Of a DNA stretch of 64,000 bases, positions 40,110-52,400 are shown piece after piece. A program made the position numbers and the translations under genes. The notes beneath the pieces were generated by a model that made no database searches, had not been told where the DNA came from, and saw only the letters and a list, made by a program, of their open reading frames with translations. Within the stretch, counting starts at the first letter, position 1. Each line of letters starts with the position of its first letter. Source of the stretch: Tubulanus polymorphus (lineage: Eukaryota > Animalia > Nemertea); NCBI RefSeq assembly GCF_964204645.1, contig NC_134029.1, positions 5,208,001-5,272,000 of the forward strand. Direction: 5' to 3'.

Positions 40110-40895
40110 CACGATTTGAGCGGCAGTATCAAGGACCAAAATAACGGTATCGACCTGGTTCGGGCAACATCATATGGTATTCAGTCAATGATATAATCTT
40201 ACTCAGCTGTCTACGAAGGATCAGTGATATCCGATTGTTCGAATCCTCTTATCTTTTCATGCGATTCATCAGACTTTTTAAAGTCACGTCATATGGAGCG
40301 AAGTTCTTGATCATCCAGTCAGTGACATCAAACATCTTGGCTTAGATCAATCACTTCGAATTAGCAAGGATTATGAATAGCTGAATTCTATTGATATTCG
40401 ATATCGAGTTTGCGATGAATAGTAATTAAAATAAAAATGAAAATAATAATTAAACCGGCCTCCAACTGATGTTACTCCTCTGTGAAATTTATCGATAAGC
40501 AATAACTTCAAATTCTAATGCTATATCAACAGTAACAGTTGTCACGGCCCACAGAGCTTAAACAATGGAACATGTGTGAAAGACAAGCAAGGCACTTTTG
40601 CTATGAAAATGACTCCGAAATCATGGAATAAATTATAGGAGTTACAAACGTAGAAATAGTTGGAGTAACAAAGGTAAGAAAAAATGAATTTAGTCGTGAA
40701 CAGAGAAACATATACAGTATGCGTTAGAAATGGTACCTTTATGAACTATCAATTTTTCGCAATGTTGGCTCATATACATACAAGCCTCAGGTCGACCACG
40801 ATTCTGAGAGGGTTTGCCGGTTTTTTTTTTAGTCTGGAATTTTCGTAGGAAATACGTGTGTATCATGTTTTATTTCTTTGTATAATCTAGTCGCC

Positions 40896-43800
40896 ATGCA
40901 GCGAATTCAGTTTTACGCGATCGTATGTACTCTATGGCTCATCGCTTCCAAAATTCTCGCCGACGACAACAGAAGGAACGGTCATGAAACAAACAGAGGA
41001 AATGCCTTGCAATATTTCGACGATTTAAAGTCGCTTGAAGGAATTCTTAAAAGGTTGAATACAAAGTTTCATTGCCTGGTTTCGGAAAAATCTACTCAAC
41101 CCTATGGCATTGAAAAGATACGTAAGTGCCTGATGTATTCGGGAATGTAACAAGCTTAAGTGACAAAACAGCAAAGAACTTTTGTTTCAAAGTCTTCGTC
41201 CTACATACATTCTTTCGTTCGGTTTTAGTGTCGGAAAAAACTGCGAAATCACTGATAAAAACATCTGAACACTTAGCGACAGCGCTCTCCCGGTGGACTT
41301 CATTGATTCAGTACAACTTACATTCAAATACTAAAAACCAGCTTATCAAAGAGATTGTAAGTTCTACATAGTTTACCAATACAAAATCGTAAGAAAGAAT
41401 CTTATGTTACTTTTAATGTAATTACAGCAACCATATTTCAATGATATCAGCGTTAAATGTGACTCGGTCATGTTTAGTCGACTGTCGTTCTTCAATGCAT
41501 CCAGATTATCCAAATCTACTCGACGCTTATTCAACGCCAGCCTAGGATATTTCAGAGATAATCCCCCGAACCAGGCCCTACAGTAAGCGAATCTCTCTTA
41601 CCTACACCACTGTATTGTGACGATTGGAACTCGCGTAATATGCAAAATAGAGATGCCATTTTCGACCGTAAATTCTAACCTGAGCGACAACAACAAAATC
41701 AATATGTAATTGCATTTTCAGACGTGCTTCGGAACTAGCGAAAAATATTTCGGAAATCTACGAAGCCGCGCGTGTCTGTCTTGAAGGTCGGTGTTTAGAC
41801 ATAGACGAGATACAGGTCGTATTACAAAAAACAACCGATTACGACAAAGCTCTCTTCATATGGCAAAAATGGCGGAACGAAACGGGTAGAAAAATGAGGA
41901 AACCTTTTGAAGAACAGATGTCTCTCTATAGACAAGGTAATAAGATGCAAGGAAGCTGGTCCGCGAATAATTCGAAATGACGTAAACTCGCTGAATTTCA
42001 TGAAATATGAGACACATTTTTTACCGTTACTTTCAGCCAACCACGATCCATCGCGATATTGGAACGCAAAATCGATACATGAACCGGATGTCCCCGACGT
42101 CGTCACCAGACTCTGGACTGAAATATCACCTTTCTACACAGAATTACATGCTTACGTGCGTCACCATTTGATTAAGATGTATCCTGGAAAACTAAAGCGT
42201 AATGAACCAATTCCAGCCCATCTATTCCGTATGTTAAACTCTTTTTCTTCCCTATTCAAGTTCATCGCGTTGATGTGAATTTTTCAAGCTCCTTTCATAC
42301 AGGATCATATGGTGGCTGATAAGGGCCATAGCGTAAAATTCCTGGTATGTAAATGAGGGCGCCAGAACGCCAGAACGCCAAAACGAAAAAAAACGTCCAA
42401 TTTTCTCTAAAAGTTCGTTTTGGCGCGCCAAAACAAAGAAAATTTCGTTTTGGCGCGCCAAAACAAAGAAAATTTCGTTTTGGCGCGGTTATTTCCGTTT
42501 TGGCGCCTCCGCCAAAACAAGCATTCAACCACAGTAAAATTATTTTTCAATTTGGCGCGTTGATCTTGTGTGTAATTTGCATAAATTTGCATATATGAAA
42601 ATATTTTACGTATATATAGAATTATTTTACGTGGTTTAAAGTTCGTTTTGGCGGGGGCGCCAAAACGAAAGTTCGTTTTGGCGCCACGGAATATTCTCCG
42701 TTTTGGCGCGCCAAACGAACTTTTAGAGAAATTTCGACGTTTTTCGTTGTTTTGGCGTGGGCGCCAAAACGAAAGTTCGTTTTGGCGGGGGGGGCCAAAA
42801 TGAAAGTTCGTTTTGGTGGGGGCGCCAAAACGGAATTTTCTTTGTTTTGGCGCGCCAAAACGAACTTTCAGAGAAAATTGGACGTTTTTTTTTTGTTTTG
42901 GCGTTCTGGCGTTCTGGCGCCCTCATTTGTGTACCAGGAACTTTACGCTATGGCTCTTATCAGCCACCATAGGATCATGGATGCAAGTCTAAGTCCCTTG
43001 TGGAACCATTGTACAAAACTGATCAAAGAATTGGATTATCCAATCATTTTGAATTTCAAATTACCTTACTGTTATCGGGCTTTCGTTATTGCTTATACTC
43101 AGTGTTTTGGAACAGACACAACGGCGTTTCTGTTGTTTTATACAGGAGAGATGTACGCTATGAATTGGGACATGTTAACGCATGAAATGTTGCCTTTTCC
43201 AAAAAGTAAAAGTCCAGACTTCTCAGACGAAATCAAACGCATGAATCCTTCGCCAACTGGTATTTTCAAAATGGCCGAAGATTTCTTCACGTCAATTGGA
43301 ATGCCAGCAATGACTAAGAAATTCTGGAAGTACAGTCATCTGGAACAACGCAAAGATGGCGGGCACATCAGTTGTCACGGGACGGCATGGGACATGGATT
43401 CAAAAAAGAAGGACGACTACAGGTCTAAAAACAAATCTTGACACTGAAAATAAATCTTTACATTGATGAATAATTATGGTGAAATTGTAAAACTGATAGC
43501 AATTGTAACATTAAAGATAGAATGGTAATTGTAATTTTCTATTGTTGTATAGGATATTATTTTGCGCAAAGCCAAACATGATGAGTTTTCAAACCGCCCA
43601 CCACGAGATGGGACACATCCAGTACTACATGGCATATAAGAATCAGCCTTTAAAGTTCCGTAGATCTGGAAACTCGGCATTCCACGAAGCGACCGGAGAT
43701 ACTGTGACGCTTTCAGCAATGAGCTTGAATCATCTGCACGCGTTGAAAATCTTCCAAGATTATAATGCTACCGATGAGGGTAAGTTTTGTAGAAAGAAAT

Positions 43801-44697
43801 GTTTTAAATCAAATCAGCATTTTTAGTAAAACTTTAAATCGAAGGTTCATATTTATAGGAACTAATATCAACTATTTGTTTAATATGGCTATGGTGAAAT
43901 TACCCTTGTTGCCGTTCGCGATGTCTTTAGCCACATGGAGATGGGGCGTGTATAACGGCACAACGCCTCTCGGCAAATTGAACAGTGAATGGTGGCAGAT
44001 ACGGTAATTTCATCATTTTACATGTAAATATATCCGCAAAAAACCTTCAATAATGGCCTCCGTCGATGTCGTGTGCTATCACGCATTCTCTTAGTTACAC
44101 AAGATCAGAATCTCTTATTCTAGGAAGAGGTTCCAAGGTGTCGCCGCACCTGTCTCCAGGTCGGAAGATGATTTCGACGCCGGCAGCAAATACCACATTG
44201 CTTACGAGAATAAGTATATAGTGTAAGATGATCATTCAATCATTATCTAAACATCGACAACTTTAACCCAAGCCAAAGGGTATAATATGATATTATATGA
44301 AATTTGATTTTCTTTTTTTCTGATTTCGTAGGTATTTCCTTTCCGTTGTATTGCAATTCGAATTTTACCAATCGCTTTGCAACGTATCGGGCCACGCTGG
44401 CCCTTTGCATCAGTGCGACTTCTATCAATCGAAAAAGGCCGGGAGAAGGTTCAGGTACCACACAAAAACGAAATCAAGAAGAAGTTTAAGCTGAATTCAG
44501 GTTCTTCAATTCAATGTTTCGTTTTTGTTTTCAGTGACTTCCTGAAACTAGGGGCAAGCGTCCCGTGGAAGAGAGCTAAAGAAGAATTCACCGGTTCATC
44601 CGATATCGAGGCAACATCTTTGTTAAGCTATTTCCAACCGTTATACAATTGGCTTCACCAGTACAATAGCGAAAATGGTGTTTACGTAGGTTGGTGA
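40896..44697 (+). CDS. Angiotensin-converting enzyme-like M2 metallopeptidase, single domain, secreted, ~11 coding exons
   Basis: Signal peptide [22 protein letters not shown]; [30 protein letters not shown], zinc motif HHEMGH (43599-43616), [33 protein letters not shown]. Ends ENGVYVGW* with no membrane anchor; AATAAA at 44702 and 44726. The exons splice in frame. Confidence 0.92.
42308..42971. mobile_element. Intronic MITE with TATGGTGG termini, ~135-bp TIRs and a 6-bp TSD (IS3EU-like)
   Basis: TATGGTGGCTGATAAG...CTTATCAGCCACCATA; GGATCA at 42302-42307 and 42972-42977; many internal GTTTTGGCG(CG)CCAAAAC palindromic subrepeats. Confidence 0.88.
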
Positions 44698-44828
44698 TGT
44701 AAATAAAACGTTTAAGATGCAACAGAATAAAACTCCTCGTTGTCTTGTTTGTTTTTACGACGTAGTTACTGACCTCTGAAATTTACCATGAAATTTACCT
44801 CAACGCAATATTACCTCAACGCCATTAT

Positions 44829-45061
44829 TATGGTGGCAGATTCGGGCCTTACTAAAAAATTTTTCTGTACGGCTAAAGCAACTATAAAAAATTTTTCACA
44901 CTGGCCCGTTTTATCAAAGGTTTTGAATTCTCGCACGAGAAAACCAAACTTTTTGAATTCTCGCGCGAGAAAACTAAAAAACGGGCCAATGTGAAAATTT
45001 TTTTATCGTTGCTTTAGCCGTACAGAAATTTTTTTTAGTATGGCCCGAATCAGCCACCATA
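44829..45061. mobile_element. 233-bp near-palindromic MITE with TATGGTGG termini and a 6-bp TSD (IS3EU-like)
   Basis: TATGGTGGCAGATTCGGGCC...GGCCCGAATCAGCCACCATA; CATTAT at 44823-44828 and 45062-45067. Confidence 0.88.
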
Positions 45062-48000
45062 CATTATATATCCACAAGATTCCTGATGTTTATCGATGGA
45101 AAATTACGAAAGTATTTCACATAGACATTTCGATGTATGGAAAATAACCAAGCTATCGTGCTAGGTTTATCGATGATGGTGCTAACCAACGACAAATTGA
45201 TGAAGTGCGTCATTATACAAAAATAAATGAAATCCCCCGTATATTGTCCATCCAAAGCGAACGGAAGGCCTCCTGACATGCGGATAAAACCGAACGCCGC
45301 ATAACGAATCAAATGGGAAAGAATTTGTATGCAGGGCACGACGCCCCAGCGTGGACTAAACAGTGTAAATGATTTCATCACAGTCGTCCATCTTCCCGCA
45401 GGCCTAAACACACAGCCACGCGCTATAGACGCTTAGCTCGGCGCATTAACGCTTGTCGAGCGGCAGTAATTGGAGAGAAAAGTTATTACAATTAACGATG
45501 ATAAATCAAATAAATAAACGGATAATTAACTGATCTGGAGACTCACTCGCAATGGTTATTATTGAATAGTCAATTGTGAATAAATTAGCTGAATTTTTCC
45601 CTAATGAAAAAGCTCCTCGGGCTGGTCGGCCGCAACTGTCGAGTACGTAGCACTACACTTGGAGTACGTGGGATTGATCGGGAGATTTTCTCGAAGATTC
45701 GAGAATAAAAAATATATCGTATATATATATATATCGAAATTATCAATTCATATTCACTTAAACCTTCAATTCGAGGTTTAACCTCTGGGTAATGGCAGCA
45801 TTTGTTCCCATTACGTAGAATGGTATTATTATGTGTTTAATGTCTATATTCTACTTCGAGTGCTTTTATGCATTTTTTCGTGGCTTATACTTATCGAATG
45901 AACGAGCTAATGAATGACGCGGTGCCTACAAGTAAATATAACGCAATTGAATGTTTTTCTAACTGATTGATATGACGTTGATGCATGAAATATTGGTTAA
46001 TATGTTGAAAGAGCTATTGAAGATCGGCGACACATTTCTTCGTTACTACTCTCATAGTAAACGCGTTCGTATCCAAGCGTTCGACTGAATCAACTGATAA
46101 ATTTCAAACCAACTCGAACATAATTGTTATGGATGTAACGCTTAATAAATAAAAGCTCTGATTATACAATGCGACGGCTAAAATCTCATTTCATCTCAGA
46201 CATTCTAAAGAGCTGACAAAATTGTTGTATTTTTATAAGAACGAGTTCTTTGTTTTAGGCCTTCGTGCAAACATGAAATTTGTCATATATCAGCCTTCCT
46301 TCACTTTTACTTACATGAACTGCAGTTGAATTTTGTATTTTCTGTATCGAATAATTCTCATGAGAAATGTAATTGGCAATCCTCTACCAACTGAATTTCT
46401 GTTCTCTGTGTAGGGTGACAAAACTAAGTCCACCTTTGGGCTGGGTGCAGGTTATTGCATCCTCCCCCGGCAGGGATTCGAGGATGAGGTTATTGATACG
46501 CATCATATTTAACTATATTGCACGTCACTACCATTACATATCATACCTATTATCAAAGAAACGTACAGGAAAATTGTTACACACTAAAAAAAACTTATAC
46601 TAGTTTCTGCTATTTCAGTGCAAAGAAAACGAATTAACGGAAACATTAGAGAAATCATTTTGGTTGCAGATGATGAGCCAGTGTGAAGTGAATGAATTAT
46701 TCATCCGAGGTGAAACATAACGTCTCGACATCGGCCCAGATTTTTTGTCGAGAGCGCGCGAAAGTCAATGAAAAACCATGAATAATTGAACGAAAGATGG
46801 TTACGAAAAATCGGTTCAATCGACCCGGAACCCGGAATTGATGCAGCCTTCGAAGCGATAGTATTATCTTTAGTTCTCGCATCACATCGCACGTTTGGTA
46901 TCTTTACCACACAAATTGCCGCATTAAAACAACAATGAAGGTTAGAGCGCCGGCTTCGCTTTAAAAACAAACTACCGTGTATCTGTGATGATAAAATGTG
47001 TATTTTTGAAGTCTTAAAAAGCGTTTCATGTTTATATACATTGGTATCTATTATGCGTTATATATAGGGTTCTGTGTGAGTCGATTTCCACTACGTCATA
47101 GTATTGGCGTTTCAAAATAATAATAATAATAGCACTTGTGAATTTTGGCGTTTATTCTGCAATTATATATACATGTATATATATTTCATGACTCTTATTT
47201 CATTTTTGAGAGGGTGTGCACTACGACATCAATAAATCGGGTATAGACTGGTTGCCGGTCAGTTCAATTCAAAAATCAATATACTCAAATCCAAAATAAC
47301 TTTATTGATCCATAATGTTATATGATTTATATCAGACTAAATATTCTCGACAATATTAAGCAATATGTGTTATTTTTCAAGGCGGCAATAACACTTTCAA
47401 GCTAGGTTTTCTTGTTATAACATTTCTGTAACTGGTGCAGATTTCTGCCCTATTGTTTTGCAAAAATAGAGTCGTGTATTTTTGTGTCGAACAGTAAAGA
47501 GTTGGGTTTCTACGGTGGTGCATCCCTGACACACCTAACCAGTGCCCGTGCTATACATCGTTCTGGGTAAACCAGAAATAATATGCGCGTCAACATAGAA
47601 ATCGGTGGATCATATATTTTTCTCACGAGATTGGCCTTCGATTCGCAGATGAGCTGCTCGTCAAGAACAATCAATATGAGATAGAAGTTCAATAGCATTG
47701 TGCAATAGTTCATTACATCCGAAAAACGAAAATATTTTAGTTGAAGAAAAACTGTGCATTAAGTTAATTAGCAATTTTCATATGCGCGCGTGCTGGCTGC
47801 GCTGGCATAGTTTTCAGACATCACTCTTGAATATCAGTTAGTATAGTATCAATGAAAGTTAGGCTGTTATTTGCATTTTTCATGAGCGAATACAGCGTAA
47901 CAGCGCCAGTATGAAGTAGACCGTTGATATATCACGAAAATATCACCGTAAACATTATTCCTCCTCATCGCAAAATGAAAAACAGATAATTACGATGTAT

Positions 48001-49429
48001 CATAACAATTAATGATTATAACGATGTAATTTGATAGTCGTAATTGAAAATATTATCCCGTTACGGTGGACCAGAATTTACTTCTTTTCACCCGATGAAC
48101 CACCGAGTATCGCCTCCCCACTCCCAATTATGAATAGCAAAATATGAATGATAATTCGATGTAATTTCGGATAATGATTCAAAGACCTTTATGATATTTT
48201 CAAAATTTCGGGTATATTACTGTATACCTATCATATAGATACTGTTCTAAAATAATACATGATCTATCTCTGGCAAGCGAGGATAAATTTTTGCCTCCAC
48301 GGTAGTTTACCGCGGTTGATTCATCGAGACGCTGTCTGCCACTGGCACGTTAGGATGAACTTTTTATGTTCTCTCCTCGAAAATTGCCTGGTCTACGTCA
48401 AGCTATAATCCAATTTATCTCCTACGAAACATCGCTCGCAATTATAGTTCAATCAGTACGACCAGACAGTGTACCGTTTAGCGCGTGTTGACTTCGGCCA
48501 AAGATATATTTTGTTCATCGGTCAGTAGGTTTGCTTCATGTTTTCTATGAACGAAACGCTGAAAGTGCTTGATCAATATAAAATAAGGAACTGCGACTAG
48601 CTAAATCATTTTTGTAGTTTTTCGATAAGAAACTAACCTAGACAGGAAACCCATCATATTGGAATAGTTCAATATTTACATACTGGCCACCATGACAGGC
48701 AGGTTTGTGAAAGCTGTTTGGCATGGGGATCAATGTTTTTCGAGCCGTCACCAAAGTTATTTCTGTTTATTTCATAATTCGCTAGCTAAAGAGCTAGTTA
48801 TATTTGTTCAATTTCCCCTACATGTATTGATAGTATAAGTGCCCGAAGTTTTTGCATCAGATCGGTCGTTTGTTGTGTGTAGTCAGTAGAGACGGCTATT
48901 TGCGGAAAATCAGCGTGAAAACAACAACGATTAATAGAAATAAGTAGTTGCCGTCGTCGCGTCTGGTGATCAGTGGCACGCTAGCATCGCTCTCTGCAGA
49001 GACGGCAGACCCGCGCGGGAATGCTTTATACATCGGCTCAAAGGTTTCCTGGTGATTTAGTTAACCACACCGTAACGGGCGGAAGTTTCTGGAATATTCG
49101 AATACGTAAAAAGATCATACATCAATGAAATATGGAAAATTGAATACGAAGGCGGATGCAGTTTGAATGAATAAAGGCGCACTACGTATTCGATGCCGGT
49201 CGAGTCAGAATTCTGAACGAAATGCTTCGGTGAACCTCGCGCAAGCGGGTAATTCGTCGATACGGCGCCTGTAGAATTCGCGGAGAATACAAGCACTTTC
49301 AGGAGATTCGGAACAGTCGAGAATCCTCATTCGTGTACAATCGGTCAAACGTCTGCATGAAAACGAACTCGGATCTATATCGGACTTGGTCAAAAACTTG
49401 GCGAAATTTCTCACCTCTTCCATAAGAAG

Positions 49430-52400
49430 ATGGGTTACAACATGATAATAGCGAAAGCTATTTTAGCGCGTGTTTTGTTCATCTTACACGCTGTAGTATG
49501 TATGTTCAGAGTTCATGCTAGAAATCATAATCAGATGCATTTTCTGTTGCTGACGCCTCTTGTTGTCTTACTTGCCGAAACCTATTTCACGTTGAGGTAC
49601 AAGAAAAACGGCGAGTGGAAATGGTAAGTATGTAGAACTAAACACGGCCGTCCGAAAGCTTAGAAAGATTTCAAATTCGTTTAAATTGTTCCAGTAGTTT
49701 TATGGTTTAGGAAACGAGATAAAAAGAGCGACCAGTAGATATACAGAACTTGACTGTCGGAGTCGAAACATCACAACACAACAACTTGATATCGTTGAAT
49801 GATAGCGAATTGTTTAGGTTGAAATTGCTTCGATTCTGCTATCGTTGTAGAAAATACTTGAATCCGTAAGATTTGAAATATCCGCCAAGCTTTAAGGTTT
49901 TCATTCAAGAGAACTGCGTACACCGCTTGAAAGTTTCTTCCAAAGTAATTTTTCGATCTTCCTCATATCATGTTCAGCCTAACGAAAAATATCATATTTG
50001 ATCGTGTTTGTTAGAAACAGACGAACGTTTCTACAACAGAAGTAACATAATCGTAAGAAAATATTTAATGATATAGATATAAATATTTGATGATGATATA
50101 GTTTTTATTTACTTGATCTTGGTTCAGTGAATATAGTGCAAATAGGTATTTCCTATTAAAAGCACAACTTGCCAATAATTCGAGCGATTATTGTTTTTTT
50201 TTCTGTATCAGATATACATCGTTGTGATGGCCACTTACCGGAATAGCATATTAGATTTTTTTATATTAATTTTGCCCCCTTGTCTATCTTATTTGCGATA
50301 CTCAAATATAAAAAATGCCTCTCAAAGGCGGGAATTTAATCACTGTACTTAAGTACAAATCTACCCAATATTGTTTCGATATTTTCTCGTATACGAAAGG
50401 GTTTCTTTCGTTGCATTGGCAAATATTGTGAGAGCCAATATTTCCCGTTTTGGAAACTTGTTGACTAACGTGATCAATTTGACATCAACTCCTCGTGCGA
50501 CACACTGACTCGTCAAACAATCAACTCAGCCTCTTGAATATCGTCGAAAAATTGTGGAAAGGACGTAAACCAAGATTGCACCGCATCATATTGGGGTAAT
50601 TAATTATCCTAGCAGATATTTTAGATTTTGATAGTTTGCTACGACATCATCATGGTTACCTTTTCATAACATTTTATCTTTTACAAATATGATCCTTTAC
50701 GATATGTTTAACGATGATATTTAGGCTACGATACTATTTTAAGCCGATTCCAACGGTGTAGTTTTTTTTAATCTAAATAGTCTGTATACCTACCGCTAGA
50801 TTTCTCGTTGTTAACCGTATGGATTTTTAAATTCACAAAATTCTAAATCCATTTTTCAATACGATGCCTCCGCGCTCTAGTCAATTCATGTCAAAACATT
50901 GGAGACTCCAATGTTTTGACTATTGAATTCACAAAATTCATTCTCAATACGACGTCTGCACGCTCTTCTCGTGTCAACACTGGAGATATTAAAGATGGAA
51001 AAGTGAAAATGTTATAGGATGATTGAATGTCTCTGAAAACTGTAATGTTTCCCAAAGGCGTCGTAGTACCGTGATTTGCCATCAAGATGTGTACAAAACA
51101 GCGTCCCAACTCGTACGCGTTTTCTGATTGCACAGGCGGTTAACACAGTTTTTCGTATTCCTCTCCACCGTGAAGCATCTCTTCTCGACGGCACCATTTA
51201 ATTACAATACTATATCAATGCTTAAACATTACATTATCAGGCCCATACTTTTACAACCAGCGAAAGTAAAAGCCATTGATTCAACGAATGTGCCGAATCC
51301 TTCAGCGTTGTATATACTTTTACTATAACGTATCTATAGAAAGGCAACTTCAAAATAGAAGTTTAAACAATAATCGAAAACCGCGTAGGAAGCTTATTAC
51401 TTATTCATTAATGAGAGCTCAATACCACAGAAATTCAATAAGCACGATTACGATCAGAATCTAGAACATAATTAGTTGGTAGTTTTCAGTTGTAGTACGC
51501 CTTCGCTTATTCCACACCAATGAGAAAACCATATAGATTCGATTGTAAAACGAATCTATAATGATTTGGTCATTCAGTTTTGTTCGCTTTTTCCTACATT
51601 TTTAGGCTCATTTTTACTTTTTTATATACCGGTACCGAACCGCGAAGATTCGTTTTCACTTCGATCAAAACTACTTGAAAATAAATCTTGTCAATATCTG
51701 AGGCGACTGTGTTGTTTTTCGAATTGAGAAATATCACTCTCGTGACAATCTACTCTACCAATACAGCGCGTATAGTATATTTACTCGCTTCATGTCTGAA
51801 TATTTGATTGCCTCTCAAGAAATGGAGTACAGACTTTCCATAATTGTAATATGCATTTCGTTCCTTCGGCGATTGGCATTTTGCTTTGGACAAAATTTCA
51901 TTCATAAAAACGAACGACTCGCATTTACCAGGGTATTCCACTGATAATCTACTATGGTCAAAGGGATGGTAAAATCAGAGTTTTGTCAGGAATAACAAGG
52001 AAAATGCCTCCCAGAATGTCGAAGCTTTAAACCCAACGGTTTCGAGTGTGAAAATTAATCCATTGACATTAATGGCCGTTTTATACTGGCCAAGTCATAA
52101 GTCATCCTCCCCTACTCCCAAACTACACGCATCTATAAGTTGTTAGTATGCCAAGTGGCATCGTTTGGGTCGAATTTTGGGAGATGCACCATCACTGAAA
52201 AACAGCTTGAAATAGAAAATAGAGGACTCCACAACTCCTATCATTTGTTTTCCACAGAGTTGTCGACAATCAACAAGATGTAGTCCATCGTAATAAATAA
52301 GGAATTCACTAGTCATCGGTAGATTTATTTCTTTTCGGCTGCTTGCCCACGGATAATCGTTTTTGTCTGCGAACTGGTGATTCCTCATACAACTGTCCAT

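Noticed and set aside
42360-42920. Regularly spaced palindromic repeats resembling a CRISPR array, and the overlapping repetitive ORFs
   Set aside because: No unique spacers or cas genes; the context is a eukaryotic intron; the repeats lie inside a TIR/TSD-bounded MITE.
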